Source of the DNA: Halieaceae bacterium
GTDB lineage: Bacteria > Pseudomonadota > Gammaproteobacteria > Pseudomonadales > Halieaceae
Assembly (NCBI GenBank): GCA_902613175.1
Contig: CACMGJ010000001.1
Coordinates: forward strand, 37,569 to 101,568
Direction of reading: 5' to 3'
DNA length: 64,000 bases
Part shown: piece after piece, positions 22,337 through 31,936 of the stretch
Position numbering within the stretch: position 1 is the stretch's first letter
How the letters are laid out: each line of letters starts with the position of its first letter
Notes under the pieces: generated by a model
Database searches by the model: none
What the model was told of the DNA's origin: nothing
The model's input: only the letters and a program-made list of their open reading frames with translations
Made by a program: the position numbers and the translations under genes

Positions 22337-23332
22337 ATCAATAATCCAGAGCGTTCTTACCTTGAAAGGATCGGACTTAATGGCAGGTGCTATGCCACCT
22401 GACGCAACCACTGCATCAATTAGAAACTGATTTTGAGGTAAGGCGGGTGTGTCTAGTGCCTCGCTCCTGGGCTGTGCGAAAGCGATAGCCGAGGTCAGCA
22501 GAGCGAATTTTTTCTTGGTGTCTACTATTGCGCGTTGATCAACCGAGTTATAGCCATGCTCACCTACTTTCTGACCAATGGCGGCGTAAAGCTTTCTCGC
22601 TGCACGGATGCCCGGTTGATACTTTCTAGGCAGTTGCGCAATGCCATGGTCCGCGCGTTTGTAAAGCCAGTCCGCGCGCTCGAGGAGTCGTTGGGTTACC
22701 ACGCCAACACCCTCTGAATAGGCCGGATTTGTCAACAACTCGTCGGTGTCCACGCCTTCTGCCTTCAGCTCGTCCATTGGGAGATAAATTCTACCCAGCT
22801 GCGCGTCTTCACCCACATCTCTAGCGATATTGGTCAGTTGCATGGCGGTACCCAAGTCGGCAGCTCTTGCCAACGTCTTGGCATCTCGAACGCCCATCAG
22901 TACTGACATCATTACGCCCACAGCTCCGGCGACACGGGCGCTGTAGTCATAGACATCTTCAATCGAGTGATAGAGCTTCCCTTCAGCATCCCAGGCAAAA
23001 CCTTCAAGTAACGCGTTCAGTAGCTCTCTTGGCATTCGATAGGTGTGAACAATTTGCGTCAGGACTCGATCGGTCGCTACATACTGCGGCTTTCCTTCGT
23101 AGATGCGGTCGAGTCGATTGTGCAATAGCTCCAGTGCGCGCTTCGGGTTTTCCCCTTCATCCACTAGGTCGTCGGCTTCTCTACAGAAAGCGTAGAGGCC
23201 GCAGGCTGCGTGCTGCATCACGGAGGGCAGCAAATGCGACGCAAAATAAAAGGAGCGTGACCCATTGGATAGCTGCTGCTTACATAGCCCCATATCGGTG
23301 CTGGGAGTCGGTAAAAATTTATCGACTTGCAT
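22280..23332 (-). CDS. crtB: Phytoene synthase
   Basis: GSRSFYFAS, LYAFCREADDLVD, ARVAGAVG, AMQLTNIARDVGED, GRIYLP. Confidence 0.96.
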   Translation of the reverse strand: MQVDKFLPTPSTDMGLCKQQLSNGSRSFYFASHLLPSVMQHAACGLYAFCREADDLVDEGENPKRALELLHNRLDRIYEGKPQYVATDRVLTQIVHTYRMPRELLNALLEGFAWDAEGKLYHSIEDVYDYSARVAGAVGVMMSVLMGVRDAKTLARAADLGTAMQLTNIARDVGEDAQLGRIYLPMDELKAEGVDTDELLTNPAYSEGVGVVTQRLLERADWLYKRADHGIAQLPRKYQPGIRAARKLYAAIGQKVGEHGYNSVDQRAIVDTKKKFALLTSAIAFAQPRSEALDTPALPQNQFLIDAVVASGGIAPAIKSDPFKVRTLWIIDLFETLRERDRDARIARIR

Positions 23333-24848
23333 AGGTGGGGGCTTCAATCAGTCCGTCAATGACTTTGGCGGAGGAGAGCACGGCTGGCATACCGGCTCCA
23401 GGGTGAGTGCCAGCGCCAACCAAATAGAGCCCGTCAACCTCTTCGCTTTTATTGTGAGGTCTGAAGTAGGCGCTTTGGGTAATGCGTGGCTCCAGCGAGA
23501 ATCCCGCACCTTTCACCGAGTTGAGGCGATTCTGGAAGTCGAGGGGGGTCAGCATCAGCGATGTGGCAAGGTTAGCGCCCAAGTCAGGCAGTCCTGTTTC
23601 CTCGAGGCGCTTCTCAACAGCGCGCCGGAATATCTCGGCGTGCGTTGTCCAGTCGGTTCCAGAGTCCAGGTGCGGCACCGGCACAAGGGCGTAAAACGCA
23701 TCGCAACCCTCCGGCGCCATCGACGGATCGGTCGCGGTTGGTCTGTGCAAATACAGACTGAAATCTTCGGTGGGTTTTTTGTGCTTGAAGATATCCGTTA
23801 GCAGACCCTTATAACGTGGCCCAAGAATGATTGAGTGGTGGGGTATATCGGGGTAATGCTTTTTGGTGCCGAAGTACCAAACAAATAAGCCGTTAGAGTA
23901 ATGCGCTTTGTCAATCTTTCGATCAGTCCATTTGCGTTTGGGTGTTTCCGACAGCAGGTGTTTGTAGGTCCACGCAGAGTCTGCATTTGATATGACGAGA
24001 TTAGCAGCGATGTGCTCACCTGACTTGAGGCGCACGCCGGTGACCTTTCCACTGTCTGTGGTGATTTGGTCAACCTCAGCATTCAGCCGAATATCGCTCC
24101 CTTGTCCACGGATGAGGTTGCCCAGCGATTCGACAATACGCCCTGTGCCACCCATGGCAGACCAAACGCCACCAGTGACCTCTAGGTGAGAAATAAGGGA
24201 ATACAAGCTGCTGGCGGTATAAGGGTTGCCACCAATGAGAAGAGGGTGAAAGCTTACAGCCTGCCTTAATTGCTCGTTCTTGATGTACTTAGAGACCAGC
24301 GAATAAACACTTTGATCACCACGTAACCTCACTAAGTCAGGTGCGAAGCGCATCAGCTGAGCAAAGGTGCTGAAGGGCTTATCGAGCAATGCAAAACCGA
24401 CTTTATGCCGCGCTTCGCTGGCTTTTAAATAGCGCTCGTAGCCTTGAGCATCGGCTGGGTTGTACTCGAGTATCTGACGTAGGTTTTCTGACTTCTCGCT
24501 TGAGTAGTCAAAAATTCGCCCGTCATCAAAACGGATTCTGTAGAACGGATCCATGAGCCGAAGATCAACGTCATCACTCATCTTCTTGCCACAGAGTTCC
24601 CAGAGCTCTTCAAATAATTCGGGGACCGTGACAATGGTGGGCCCGCCATCGAAGGTGAAGCCGTCCTGTTTATAGGTGTAGCCTCTTCCTCCCAGCGCAT
24701 CGAGCTTTTCAAGAAGCGTGACGTTATAGCCTTTGGCTGCAAGACGAATCGCAGAGGCGAGGCCGCCGAAGCCACTACCGATGACAATGGCTTTTTCATG
24801 TGACTCAACTTGCTTGAGGGTATCGAAGTCTGGATGCGCTGTGTTCAT
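23319..24848 (-). CDS. crtI: Phytoene desaturase
   Basis: VIGSGFGGLA FAD motif, FTFDGGPT, FHPLLIGGNP, SLYLHRPTATDP, YFRPHN, LVGAGTHPGAG. Confidence 0.96.
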   Translation of the reverse strand: MNTAHPDFDTLKQVESHEKAIVIGSGFGGLASAIRLAAKGYNVTLLEKLDALGGRGYTYKQDGFTFDGGPTIVTVPELFEELWELCGKKMSDDVDLRLMDPFYRIRFDDGRIFDYSSEKSENLRQILEYNPADAQGYERYLKASEARHKVGFALLDKPFSTFAQLMRFAPDLVRLRGDQSVYSLVSKYIKNEQLRQAVSFHPLLIGGNPYTASSLYSLISHLEVTGGVWSAMGGTGRIVESLGNLIRGQGSDIRLNAEVDQITTDSGKVTGVRLKSGEHIAANLVISNADSAWTYKHLLSETPKRKWTDRKIDKAHYSNGLFVWYFGTKKHYPDIPHHSIILGPRYKGLLTDIFKHKKPTEDFSLYLHRPTATDPSMAPEGCDAFYALVPVPHLDSGTDWTTHAEIFRRAVEKRLEETGLPDLGANLATSLMLTPLDFQNRLNSVKGAGFSLEPRITQSAYFRPHNKSEEVDGLYLVGAGTHPGAGMPAVLSSAKVIDGLIEAPTYASR

Positions 24849-24884
24849 CTTATTAGACGTCTTATATGTCAAGATTATTTGACA
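24842..24884. promoter_or_regulatory. PpsR box pair upstream of crtI
   Basis: Exact TGTCAAGATTATTTGACA (24867-84). A partner TGT-N12-ACG (24842-59) lies 7 bp away and overlaps the crtI start. Confidence 0.85.
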
Positions 24885-24915
24885 GTCTATCACCGGTTTT
24901 CGGATTACACACCCG

Positions 24916-25779
24916 TTAATTCAGCCGTTCTAAAAAGCGAAAAAACTCCCCTGTGATGCGCCCCGGATCTGCTTCGTGAATCAAATGCCCGGCATCGTCT
25001 AACGTCACGGCAGTAGCATTGGGAAGTTCTCGCGTCGCTCTGTGCGCGCGAATAGCGGGAACAATGTGATCTTTCGCGCAGCCAACGAGGTGAATGGGTG
25101 TAGTGAGGTGAGGTAAGTCCCTCGCAAGTTGTCCTAATTCCCAGCCTCCCATCATCCTCAACGTACCTGCGATATGCTCGGGCTGTGAGATCAGTGTGGT
25201 GTAGCGTTGAATCATGGGTTCGGAAATTGTTGCTCCGGTGTCGCGCAAAGCTCTGCGAACATCGGACTCGCCCGTTCCTCGCTGCGCGAGGAACTGAGCT
25301 ACGCGAGGTGATCGGCTCAGTGCTCGTGCGGCTTTGAGCATGATGGGCTCAATGAAGGCTCCGAATGGCAGAAGTGCCCCATTGATCGACAGTAATCCGC
25401 GAGGGTCAATATGCCCATCTAGGCACATTCGTATGCCAACGGCGGCGCCCGCAGAGTGTCCGATGACATAGTCAGGATGGAGCTTTAATTGTTTGCACAG
25501 TGCAGAGATGGCGCCAGCCATCGCGGTCAGAAGGTGTTCTCGCTCCTCGATGGGTGGCGTAAACCCTTGCCCAGGAAGATCGACGAGTAAGCACGTGAAT
25601 TGATGGGATAGGTGCTCGGCGAGGCCTGCCATCGAGTGGGTGGAAGATCCCGTTCCGTGCAACAGTAAAATCACGGGGCCAGAGCCAATGCGCTGGATGT
25701 GCCAAAGTATTCCGGCACAATGAACGAACTCGCTGTGTTCTCTCAGCGGCCAGTCACTGGGTAAACGGTCAGGCCCCAT
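24916..25779 (-). CDS. bchO: BchO alpha/beta-hydrolase (Mg-chelatase-associated)
   Basis: DWPLREHS, LLHGTGSSTHS, DLPGQGFT, GHSAG nucleophile, GHLIHE. Directly follows bchD. Confidence 0.9.
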   Translation of the reverse strand: MGPDRLPSDWPLREHSEFVHCAGILWHIQRIGSGPVILLLHGTGSSTHSMAGLAEHLSHQFTCLLVDLPGQGFTPPIEEREHLLTAMAGAISALCKQLKLHPDYVIGHSAGAAVGIRMCLDGHIDPRGLLSINGALLPFGAFIEPIMLKAARALSRSPRVAQFLAQRGTGESDVRRALRDTGATISEPMIQRYTTLISQPEHIAGTLRMMGGWELGQLARDLPHLTTPIHLVGCAKDHIVPAIRAHRATRELPNATAVTLDDAGHLIHEADPGRITGEFFRFLERLN

Positions 25780-25786
25780 GGTTTCT

Positions 25787-27595
25787 TTAGCCTACGTTAA
25801 GCGTTCTAATGGATGTGTTTAACGATTGCGCTGAGGCGTTTGGTAGTGGCAAGTAGGTCGCATCCAGCGCTGAAGATAGCTCTCTTGCCCGAACACTGGG
25901 TCGAACTGCGGTATCAACGAGAACGCCTTTAATGTGAGTGTTAGCGAGCAGCTTCGCGGCTGATAGCGCGTCTTCCGTACCTGCTGACCGGCTTTTCGTA
26001 CCGTCCCGCGCAACATTGGCGGCGCCATCGGTCAGGAGTACGTAACTTGGCGTCGCCCCTGTCGCGGATACAGAAAGCGCCAGCTCATGTGTTGCTTGAA
26101 GCGCGGCTGCCATCGGCGTTCCGCCCCCTCCGGGTAGTTGACCTAAAGTACGCTTAGCCCTGACCAGCGAACGCGTGGGTGGTAGAAGGATCTCTGCTGT
26201 ATCGCCTTTGAAGGCAATCAAGGCCACTTCTGTTCTATGGGAGTAGCAGTCAGCGAGCAGCAGTTCGATTGCGCCTTTAGCTTCTGACATGCGCTGATGC
26301 GCACTGCTACCTGAAGCGTCTACCGCAAAAATCATCACGCTGGACTTACGCTGATCAAAGCGTTTCACGCGGATGTCGGAGGGTTCAATGTAGAGATTGG
26401 TTTTACTCTTTTCTGAGGTATCCCATGTTGCTCGTGCCGTTTGAAACGGCGCAGCACAGCGCAGCGTGGCGGGTATATCGATGCGATGCCCCCGTTTTAC
26501 ATCGCCACGTCGCACGCCCACTGGGCGACCGCGTTGTTTGTCCTGAGCAAGCTCGCCAGCATTGCCGCTTTTACTATGACACTGCCGGCTTTTCTGAGCA
26601 CGCTTCAACAAAATAGCCAGTAGGTCTTCAGGCAACTCAGCCATCGCGGCCTGAACCAGATCTTCGTGGTCCTGCTCCTCATGTTGCTGGGTTTGTTGCT
26701 CTGGCTTATCCGTGTCTTCTTTATTGTCGTCGGACTGTTCTCGACGCTGGGGCTCTGCTCGTGGGGTGGGTAATTGCTGAGCTATGGGTAGGAGTACCAG
26801 CCGAATGAGGGGATACATAACCGCCTCGTCGCTGATGGGTTTACCACTTAGCAAACTCAGGGCTTTGGCGATGTCGACGGCGAATTTCAATGTGCGAGAG
26901 GAGTGTACTCCCATGGACGCCGCAAGTTCGGCCAGTCGTGTAAGGTCCTCATCCGGAACCGTCGTGTGAGACAGCTGCGATTGTGCCGATTGGATGTCTG
27001 ATCGAGCGTAGCGACTGTCGTCGACACAGCGGATGCTGATCTCGTCAAGATTGATGCTGAGGCCTAGCCGTTCGATTAGCCCAGCTGGTGGTGATTCTTC
27101 ATCGATGCCTTCGTCCAGCGCGATAACAGTAATTGAAGCGGGGCTGGTATGGCTGATGCCATCTCGCGCCATGTGGACTTCACCTATATCGAGGGCGGCG
27201 CACCAATGTCCTGTATATTCTTTGGGTAGCCGCTCGGCCATTGAGAGCAGCACTACTCGCTGATGGCATTCAGCGAGCACGCCTTGTGCCAAAACGGGCT
27301 TGCCGTGTCGCATACTCTCGGTGATATCCATACCGCCCAGCAGGCGTTCGGTGGGTGTGTTACTGGGTACTCGACGGGCTGGTGCTTCAGTGAAGCTGTC
27401 CAGTAGAGCGAGCCAGTAATCTCTAACGGGCCCCGGTTGTGCACAGACGCGAATACCACCGGCTTTGTGGCGCAGGATAGCGACCAACGCCGCAGCTAGC
27501 TCGGCGTCATGCCATGCATTCGCGGCCTCGGCCTCGGCCTCAGGCGAGAGCGGCTTCAATAGCGCGTTCGACGCGGGCATCGGCACTGGATTCAT
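25787..27595 (-). CDS. bchD: Magnesium chelatase subunit D
   Basis: RLLGGMD, AMAERL-type AAA domain, acidic linker, ATLRCAAPFQ, vWA VDASGSS, LPGGGGTP, LTDG.ANV. Confidence 0.94.
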   Translation of the reverse strand: MNPVPMPASNALLKPLSPEAEAEAANAWHDAELAAALVAILRHKAGGIRVCAQPGPVRDYWLALLDSFTEAPARRVPSNTPTERLLGGMDITESMRHGKPVLAQGVLAECHQRVVLLSMAERLPKEYTGHWCAALDIGEVHMARDGISHTSPASITVIALDEGIDEESPPAGLIERLGLSINLDEISIRCVDDSRYARSDIQSAQSQLSHTTVPDEDLTRLAELAASMGVHSSRTLKFAVDIAKALSLLSGKPISDEAVMYPLIRLVLLPIAQQLPTPRAEPQRREQSDDNKEDTDKPEQQTQQHEEQDHEDLVQAAMAELPEDLLAILLKRAQKSRQCHSKSGNAGELAQDKQRGRPVGVRRGDVKRGHRIDIPATLRCAAPFQTARATWDTSEKSKTNLYIEPSDIRVKRFDQRKSSVMIFAVDASGSSAHQRMSEAKGAIELLLADCYSHRTEVALIAFKGDTAEILLPPTRSLVRAKRTLGQLPGGGGTPMAAALQATHELALSVSATGATPSYVLLTDGAANVARDGTKSRSAGTEDALSAAKLLANTHIKGVLVDTAVRPSVRARELSSALDATYLPLPNASAQSLNTSIRTLNVG

Positions 27596-28556
27596 CCATC
27601 GGGTCGCGTCGCAGACGGTGTCTCAATACGAATAGAGCGACGTATTTCAGGTGTTGCAACGTAGCTGCATCCTTTGATTCGAGTGCAGCGAGGGCTCGCG
27701 CGCTTCGTATAAGCGTGAGCTCACCGCGTAGGCCGTCAGTGCCCAGCTGGAGGCACAGCTCGGCGGCTTTTTCGAGCACGTTGGAGGGTACATCGACAGA
27801 TTCGACGACCTCTCTTGCGGCATCAATCTTGCGGCGAAGTGCGCCCTCTTTTCGGGCAAATCGCTTGCTAAAACCTTCAGGGTCATGATCGAAGGCGTCG
27901 CGTAACTTTATGATCTCGACACGAGTCGGAATATCCCTGGGTGTTCTGACATCGAGCGATAGACCAAAGCGATCCAGCAGTTGGGGGCGCAGCTCGCCTT
28001 CTTCTGGATTACCACTTCCCACTAGGACAAAGCGTGCAGGGTGCCGAACGCTCAACCCCTCTCGCTCCAACACGTTTACGCCGCTTGCCGCAACGTCAAG
28101 AAGGGCATCGACGATGTGATCCTCGAGCAGATTAACCTCATCGATATACAAGAATCCGCGATTGGCTGCCGCTAACAGGCCGGGTTGAAATGCCTTCTCA
28201 CCGTTGTGAATGGCCTTTTCAATGTCCAGCGCCCCAAGTACCCGATCTTCGGTGGCACCCAGGGGGAGGTCTACAACGGGAATGGCGATTTTCCGTGTCT
28301 TGAGCGCATCCGCCGACTGGCATCGGCTACATAAGCCCTGTTTGGAGGCCTCGGGATTGCAGTTGTAAGGACAGTCTTTAACTGCGTTGATTTTGGGAAG
28401 CAGTTGAGCCAGCGCACGAATAGTTGTCGACTTGCCCGTGCCCCGCTCGCCAAAGACCAATACACCACCAATGCTCGGGTCTACGGCCGCTATCGATAAG
28501 GCAAGCTTCATATCATCTTGCCCAACGATCGCCGTAAAGGGATACGCTACGGTCAT
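27540..28556 (-). CDS. bchI: Magnesium chelatase subunit I
   Basis: YPFTAIVGQ, GERGTGKST, LYIDEVNLLEDH, GNPEEGELRPQLLDRFG, GLRGEL. Confidence 0.97.
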   Translation of the reverse strand: MTVAYPFTAIVGQDDMKLALSIAAVDPSIGGVLVFGERGTGKSTTIRALAQLLPKINAVKDCPYNCNPEASKQGLCSRCQSADALKTRKIAIPVVDLPLGATEDRVLGALDIEKAIHNGEKAFQPGLLAAANRGFLYIDEVNLLEDHIVDALLDVAASGVNVLEREGLSVRHPARFVLVGSGNPEEGELRPQLLDRFGLSLDVRTPRDIPTRVEIIKLRDAFDHDPEGFSKRFARKEGALRRKIDAAREVVESVDVPSNVLEKAAELCLQLGTDGLRGELTLIRSARALAALESKDAATLQHLKYVALFVLRHRLRRDPMDESSADARVERAIEAALA

Positions 28557-28622
28557 GATTACTCCCCCAAAAAGGCTCAATTGATTTGAGCTCTCCGACG
28601 CGGGTTTTCCGAATCGGATTAG

Positions 28623-28640
28623 TGTCGTTTTATTTAAACA
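28623..28640. promoter_or_regulatory. PpsR box in the bchI / hydrolase divergent promoter
   Basis: TGTCGTTTTATTTAAACA, exact TGT-N12-ACA. A second TGT starts 7 bp downstream (28648) but lacks ACA. Confidence 0.8.
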
Positions 28641-28695
28641 CATAATTTGTCAAATTTTATTTATTTTTTTTTGAGGTAATTGGTCTGCAGCGGAT

Positions 28696-29601
28696 ATGCC
28701 GCGTATAGAGTGTGATGGTTTTGGGACGGCCTTTATGCAGCAATTAGACAAAGCAATCGAGAGCGATGGAGCCTTGATCAAAGGTGCCGGTGACTACGAG
28801 GTTTACTGGTACTTCGATACCGAATCGGAGGGACGTCCACTGCTGTTTGTTCATAGCGTCAACGCGGCGCCCAGTGCGATAGAGCTCAAGCCTTTATTCC
28901 AGCACTTCAGGGCATCCAGGCCCGTATTCGCACCAGATCTCCCGGGTTTCGGACGGTCAACGCGCCGTGTGGGCACAATGACAGCTTCGGAGTTTGCAAA
29001 AAATATTGCCTCTATCATTGATGAGATAACCCCAAGTGCGCCGCCCGATGTGATCGCCTTATCCCTGGGGTGTGAGTTCGTCGCTCGGGCTGTGGTCGAG
29101 TGCGGTGCCGCAGTGAGAAGTTTGACGCTTATTTCGCCCACGGGTTTCTCTCGTCGTCAGCCGCCAACACCACAAGCCCAAAGGCGCTTGAAGCGGCTGT
29201 TTGATTTTGTTGGTTTTGGACGTGGTGCATTCAAACTACTGCGTCTGGAGCGGAGTATTCGCTACTTTTACGGTATGAACTTCTCGGGCTTTGTTCCCAA
29301 TGAATTGGTGACTTACGCCCTCAAGACGACGCGTCAACCTGGTGCATATGAGATGCCGCTGCAATTTCTTTCAATGGGTTTGTTTACGGCGAAAGCTACC
29401 GAGTCTCTGTATTCTAAGCTCGACGTTCCGGTGCTGGTGTTGTTCGACAAGGACCCCAATGTTTCATTTGAGCTGTTTGAGGAATTTGAGACAAATCCTG
29501 CATGGCAATTTAAGCGGATAGCGCCAAGTCTGGGTATGCCACAATGGGAGCACCCGGAGGAGACGGTTGGTGCTATCGAGGCATTTTTTGGGGCTCTCTA
29601 A
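28696..29601 (+). CDS. Alpha/beta-hydrolase fold protein, atypical catalytic motifs
   Basis: FVHSVNAA, APDLPGFGRS, ALSLG elbow, PVLVLF, GMPQWEHP. Confidence 0.8.
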   Translation: MPRIECDGFGTAFMQQLDKAIESDGALIKGAGDYEVYWYFDTESEGRPLLFVHSVNAAPSAIELKPLFQHFRASRPVFAPDLPGFGRSTRRVGTMTASEFAKNIASIIDEITPSAPPDVIALSLGCEFVARAVVECGAAVRSLTLISPTGFSRRQPPTPQAQRRLKRLFDFVGFGRGAFKLLRLERSIRYFYGMNFSGFVPNELVTYALKTTRQPGAYEMPLQFLSMGLFTAKATESLYSKLDVPVLVLFDKDPNVSFELFEEFETNPAWQFKRIAPSLGMPQWEHPEETVGAIEAFFGAL

Positions 29602-29658
29602 GTCCCGTTCAAAGCCCCGTTCAAAGCCCCGTTCAAAGCCCCGTTCAAAGTCCCGTTC
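29599..29658. repeat. 12-bp tandem repeat x5 (aaagYcccgttc)
   Basis: taagtcccgttc aaagccccgttc aaagccccgttc aaagccccgttc aaagtcccgttc fills the gap between two convergent stop codons. Confidence 0.97.
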
Positions 29659-31142
29659 TAGGCCACGTCGCGTTGGATACGATGTGCCGCGATCGAGCCA
29701 GACAATGTCGCCATCGGCACGCCGGGCCCTGGGTGCGCACTACCGCCCGCAAGATAAAGCCCCTTGACCCGACTCGCGGACGATGGACGGGTGAAGCTAG
29801 AGAACATCCCATGGGATACTGCGCCGTAAAGCGAGCCGCCACTCCCCGGAAAACGTTGGTGCCAGTTATCGGGGCATGTAGTGACACAGTCCTCTTCAGA
29901 AAAGGCGAGGTTTAAACCCCCGCGACTGAGTACATCCAGTGCGTTCCTGCGCTGTTGATCGAGTTTAGAGCGGGTCCATGCGCCATGGTCGCCATCTGCC
30001 GGCGCGTTTATGAGTAATAACAGTCTTTCCTTGCCCTCGGTCGAAAGTTTTCCGTTGACGCGATCCTGGGCGCAAACATAAACGGTGGGTTCATTGCAGA
30101 CAGATCTGGATTTGAAAATCGTAGTGAACTCGCGCTCGTAATCCATGGCAAAGAACACATTGTGATGATCGAGCTCGAATCCAGAGGTGTTGGCGTTAAT
30201 GCACCAGGTGATAGCGGAGAGACCGCGCTCCCGTCGCTTTCGCGTGCGTGTCGATTTCACGACATCATCGCCCAAAAGCCCGTCACTTAATGCTGCTGTG
30301 TCCCCATTGAAAATAATGGCATCAGCGGCCAACCTCTCGCCTGATGCAAGCGTGATACCTGTCGCCCGTCCGTTAATGCAGTTGATCTTTCGGACCGGGC
30401 TTTGATAGTGAAACTGTGCGCCATGCTCTATCGCAAGTTCAGCAATTGCATGGGCTAGCGCCCGCATGCCGCCGTCGACACACCACACGCCCTGCCGCTC
30501 TACATGTGCAATCAGCATCAAAGTTGAAGGGGTCGATAGTGGTGATGAGCCCACATAAGTGGCGTATCGACCGTAAAGCTGCTTCAGCCGCGGATCTGAG
30601 AAATAGTTACCGAGTGCACTCCAGAGCGATTGGTGCGGCGCTACCGCTAGGCTCTGTAAGCCGCCATCTCGCAATAACCGGTAGCCGAGTCGTATCGGTG
30701 AGGGTTGCGATGTGGCCATGAAGTTATCGCGGAGTAGGTTGTGGACAAGCTCTCCATCATCACAAAATCGGCGGTAGCCCTGGGAATTGCGTTCGTCTGA
30801 GAATTCGGCGATTGCCTGGGCTGACTGATCTGTGTTGTGAAAGAGGTCCAGATGACTTCCGTCCGTCCAAGCATGACGGGCGAGCCGACGACTCTCGGTC
30901 AAACGAACCCGGTCATCAAAAACAGCACCTGCGCGCTTAAACAACTCATCAAATACCCAGTACATGGTGAAAACGGTGGGGCCGCCGTCGATGCCTATGT
31001 CACCCACCTGCCGTTGGTGTATTTTGCCGCCAGGCTCGGCATTGGTCTCGAACACATCGACTTTCCAGCCTGCAGTTGCCAGGTCGACTGCAGCCGATAA
31101 TCCGCCAGCGCCCGCACCGACAATGATGGCTCGTTTTGTCAT
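29658..31142 (-). CDS. crtD: 1-hydroxycarotenoid 3,4-desaturase
   Basis: IVGAGAGGLSAA, IDGGPTVFTM, ARHAW, QLYGRYATYVGSSP, LSAITW, HHNVFF, EPTVYVCAQDR, GGSAHPGPGVPMA. Start ATG is coupled (TAATG) to the upstream gene. Confidence 0.92.
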   Translation of the reverse strand: MTKRAIIVGAGAGGLSAAVDLATAGWKVDVFETNAEPGGKIHQRQVGDIGIDGGPTVFTMYWVFDELFKRAGAVFDDRVRLTESRRLARHAWTDGSHLDLFHNTDQSAQAIAEFSDERNSQGYRRFCDDGELVHNLLRDNFMATSQPSPIRLGYRLLRDGGLQSLAVAPHQSLWSALGNYFSDPRLKQLYGRYATYVGSSPLSTPSTLMLIAHVERQGVWCVDGGMRALAHAIAELAIEHGAQFHYQSPVRKINCINGRATGITLASGERLAADAIIFNGDTAALSDGLLGDDVVKSTRTRKRRERGLSAITWCINANTSGFELDHHNVFFAMDYEREFTTIFKSRSVCNEPTVYVCAQDRVNGKLSTEGKERLLLLINAPADGDHGAWTRSKLDQQRRNALDVLSRGGLNLAFSEEDCVTTCPDNWHQRFPGSGGSLYGAVSHGMFSSFTRPSSASRVKGLYLAGGSAHPGPGVPMATLSGSIAAHRIQRDVA

Positions 31143-31888
31143 TAGGTGGGTTGTACTCGTCGTACGGGCGCCATGACAGCGCGCTGGTGGTAGATGATAA
31201 GAATCAGTCCGGTGACGAGCGGAATCGCCCAGAGACCGGGCGTCAGCGCAATCTCGGGGAGCAAGCGCACCGCACCAAAGGCGAAAAAGGCGGTATAGAC
31301 AGAAATGCCGGCGCCTACCAAAGATTTGATGTGCTCCTTGATACGTGCTTTGGGTGATGAGGGTTGTCGATAGATGAACCACAGGTTTGTGGCAACGGTA
31401 GCGAAACCGACGAAGGCGATGCCCATCATCATGGGTTGATTGAGCTCGATACCGCGAATAAAGCAGTTCGCTGAGGTCGCCGTTAAAACAACCTGAAGTA
31501 GGAGATTGTGCCAGGCGCCGTTCTTTTTATGATCTCGCTTGTTACGCATGCAAAGCCAACCATGCCACGCAAGATTGATGGTGAGTGTCGCCAAATAGAG
31601 CATCATCCAGCCAAAAATCCCCGAGATCATCTCGGGCTGCCGAAATACCTCATGGGTGGACAGGTGAGGATGGGTGCCTATTGGGTCGGCCAGCGTCGTG
31701 ATAGATATACCTGTAGCAACCAAGCCGGTGGTGAGCATGCTCGTAATAAAGATGTTGCCTGCTTGTCGATGCAGTACACCGCCTTTCTTGCCGGCAATGG
31801 GAATCCAAACAGAAATGAGTCCGACCGTGCCGGTGATGATGTGCATGATCACCAGCGATTCGAAGATGCCATGGGTCGACAGGGTCAT
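31142..31888 (-). CDS. Multi-pass membrane protein, DUF2306-like
   Basis: About six hydrophobic helices. H..TG...KKGG.LH..AG pattern and EHIKSLVGAGI..YTAF. GGAG RBS before ATG 31888. Confidence 0.7.
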   Translation of the reverse strand: MTLSTHGIFESLVIMHIITGTVGLISVWIPIAGKKGGVLHRQAGNIFITSMLTTGLVATGISITTLADPIGTHPHLSTHEVFRQPEMISGIFGWMMLYLATLTINLAWHGWLCMRNKRDHKKNGAWHNLLLQVVLTATSANCFIRGIELNQPMMMGIAFVGFATVATNLWFIYRQPSSPKARIKEHIKSLVGAGISVYTAFFAFGAVRLLPEIALTPGLWAIPLVTGLILIIYHQRAVMAPVRRVQPT

Positions 31889-31912
31889 ATCCGGTCTCCA
31901 TACTGTACGTAG

Positions 31913-31930
31913 TGTCAATACTATTGGATA
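31913..31930. promoter_or_regulatory. Degenerate PpsR-like box in the DUF2306/P450 divergent spacer
   Basis: TGTCAATACTATTGGATA (TGT-N12-ATA, one mismatch) with an internal palindrome CAATA-C-TATTG. Confidence 0.45.
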
Positions 31931-31936
31931 GTTTTC

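Noticed and set aside
29599-29658. Possible CRISPR array
   Set aside because: The units are 12 bp, contiguous and without spacers, and there are no cas genes.
29544-29915. ORFs with QSPV and SKPR repeats
   Set aside because: They are translations of the 12-bp tandem repeat and overlap crtD on the opposite strand, with no independent coding evidence.
31143-31382. N-terminal extension of crtD in the ORF track (also the extensions of pufB, bchY, bchZ, bchI, crtI)
   Set aside because: These are longest-ORF artefacts. Homology starts at internal ATGs supported by an RBS or stop-start coupling.
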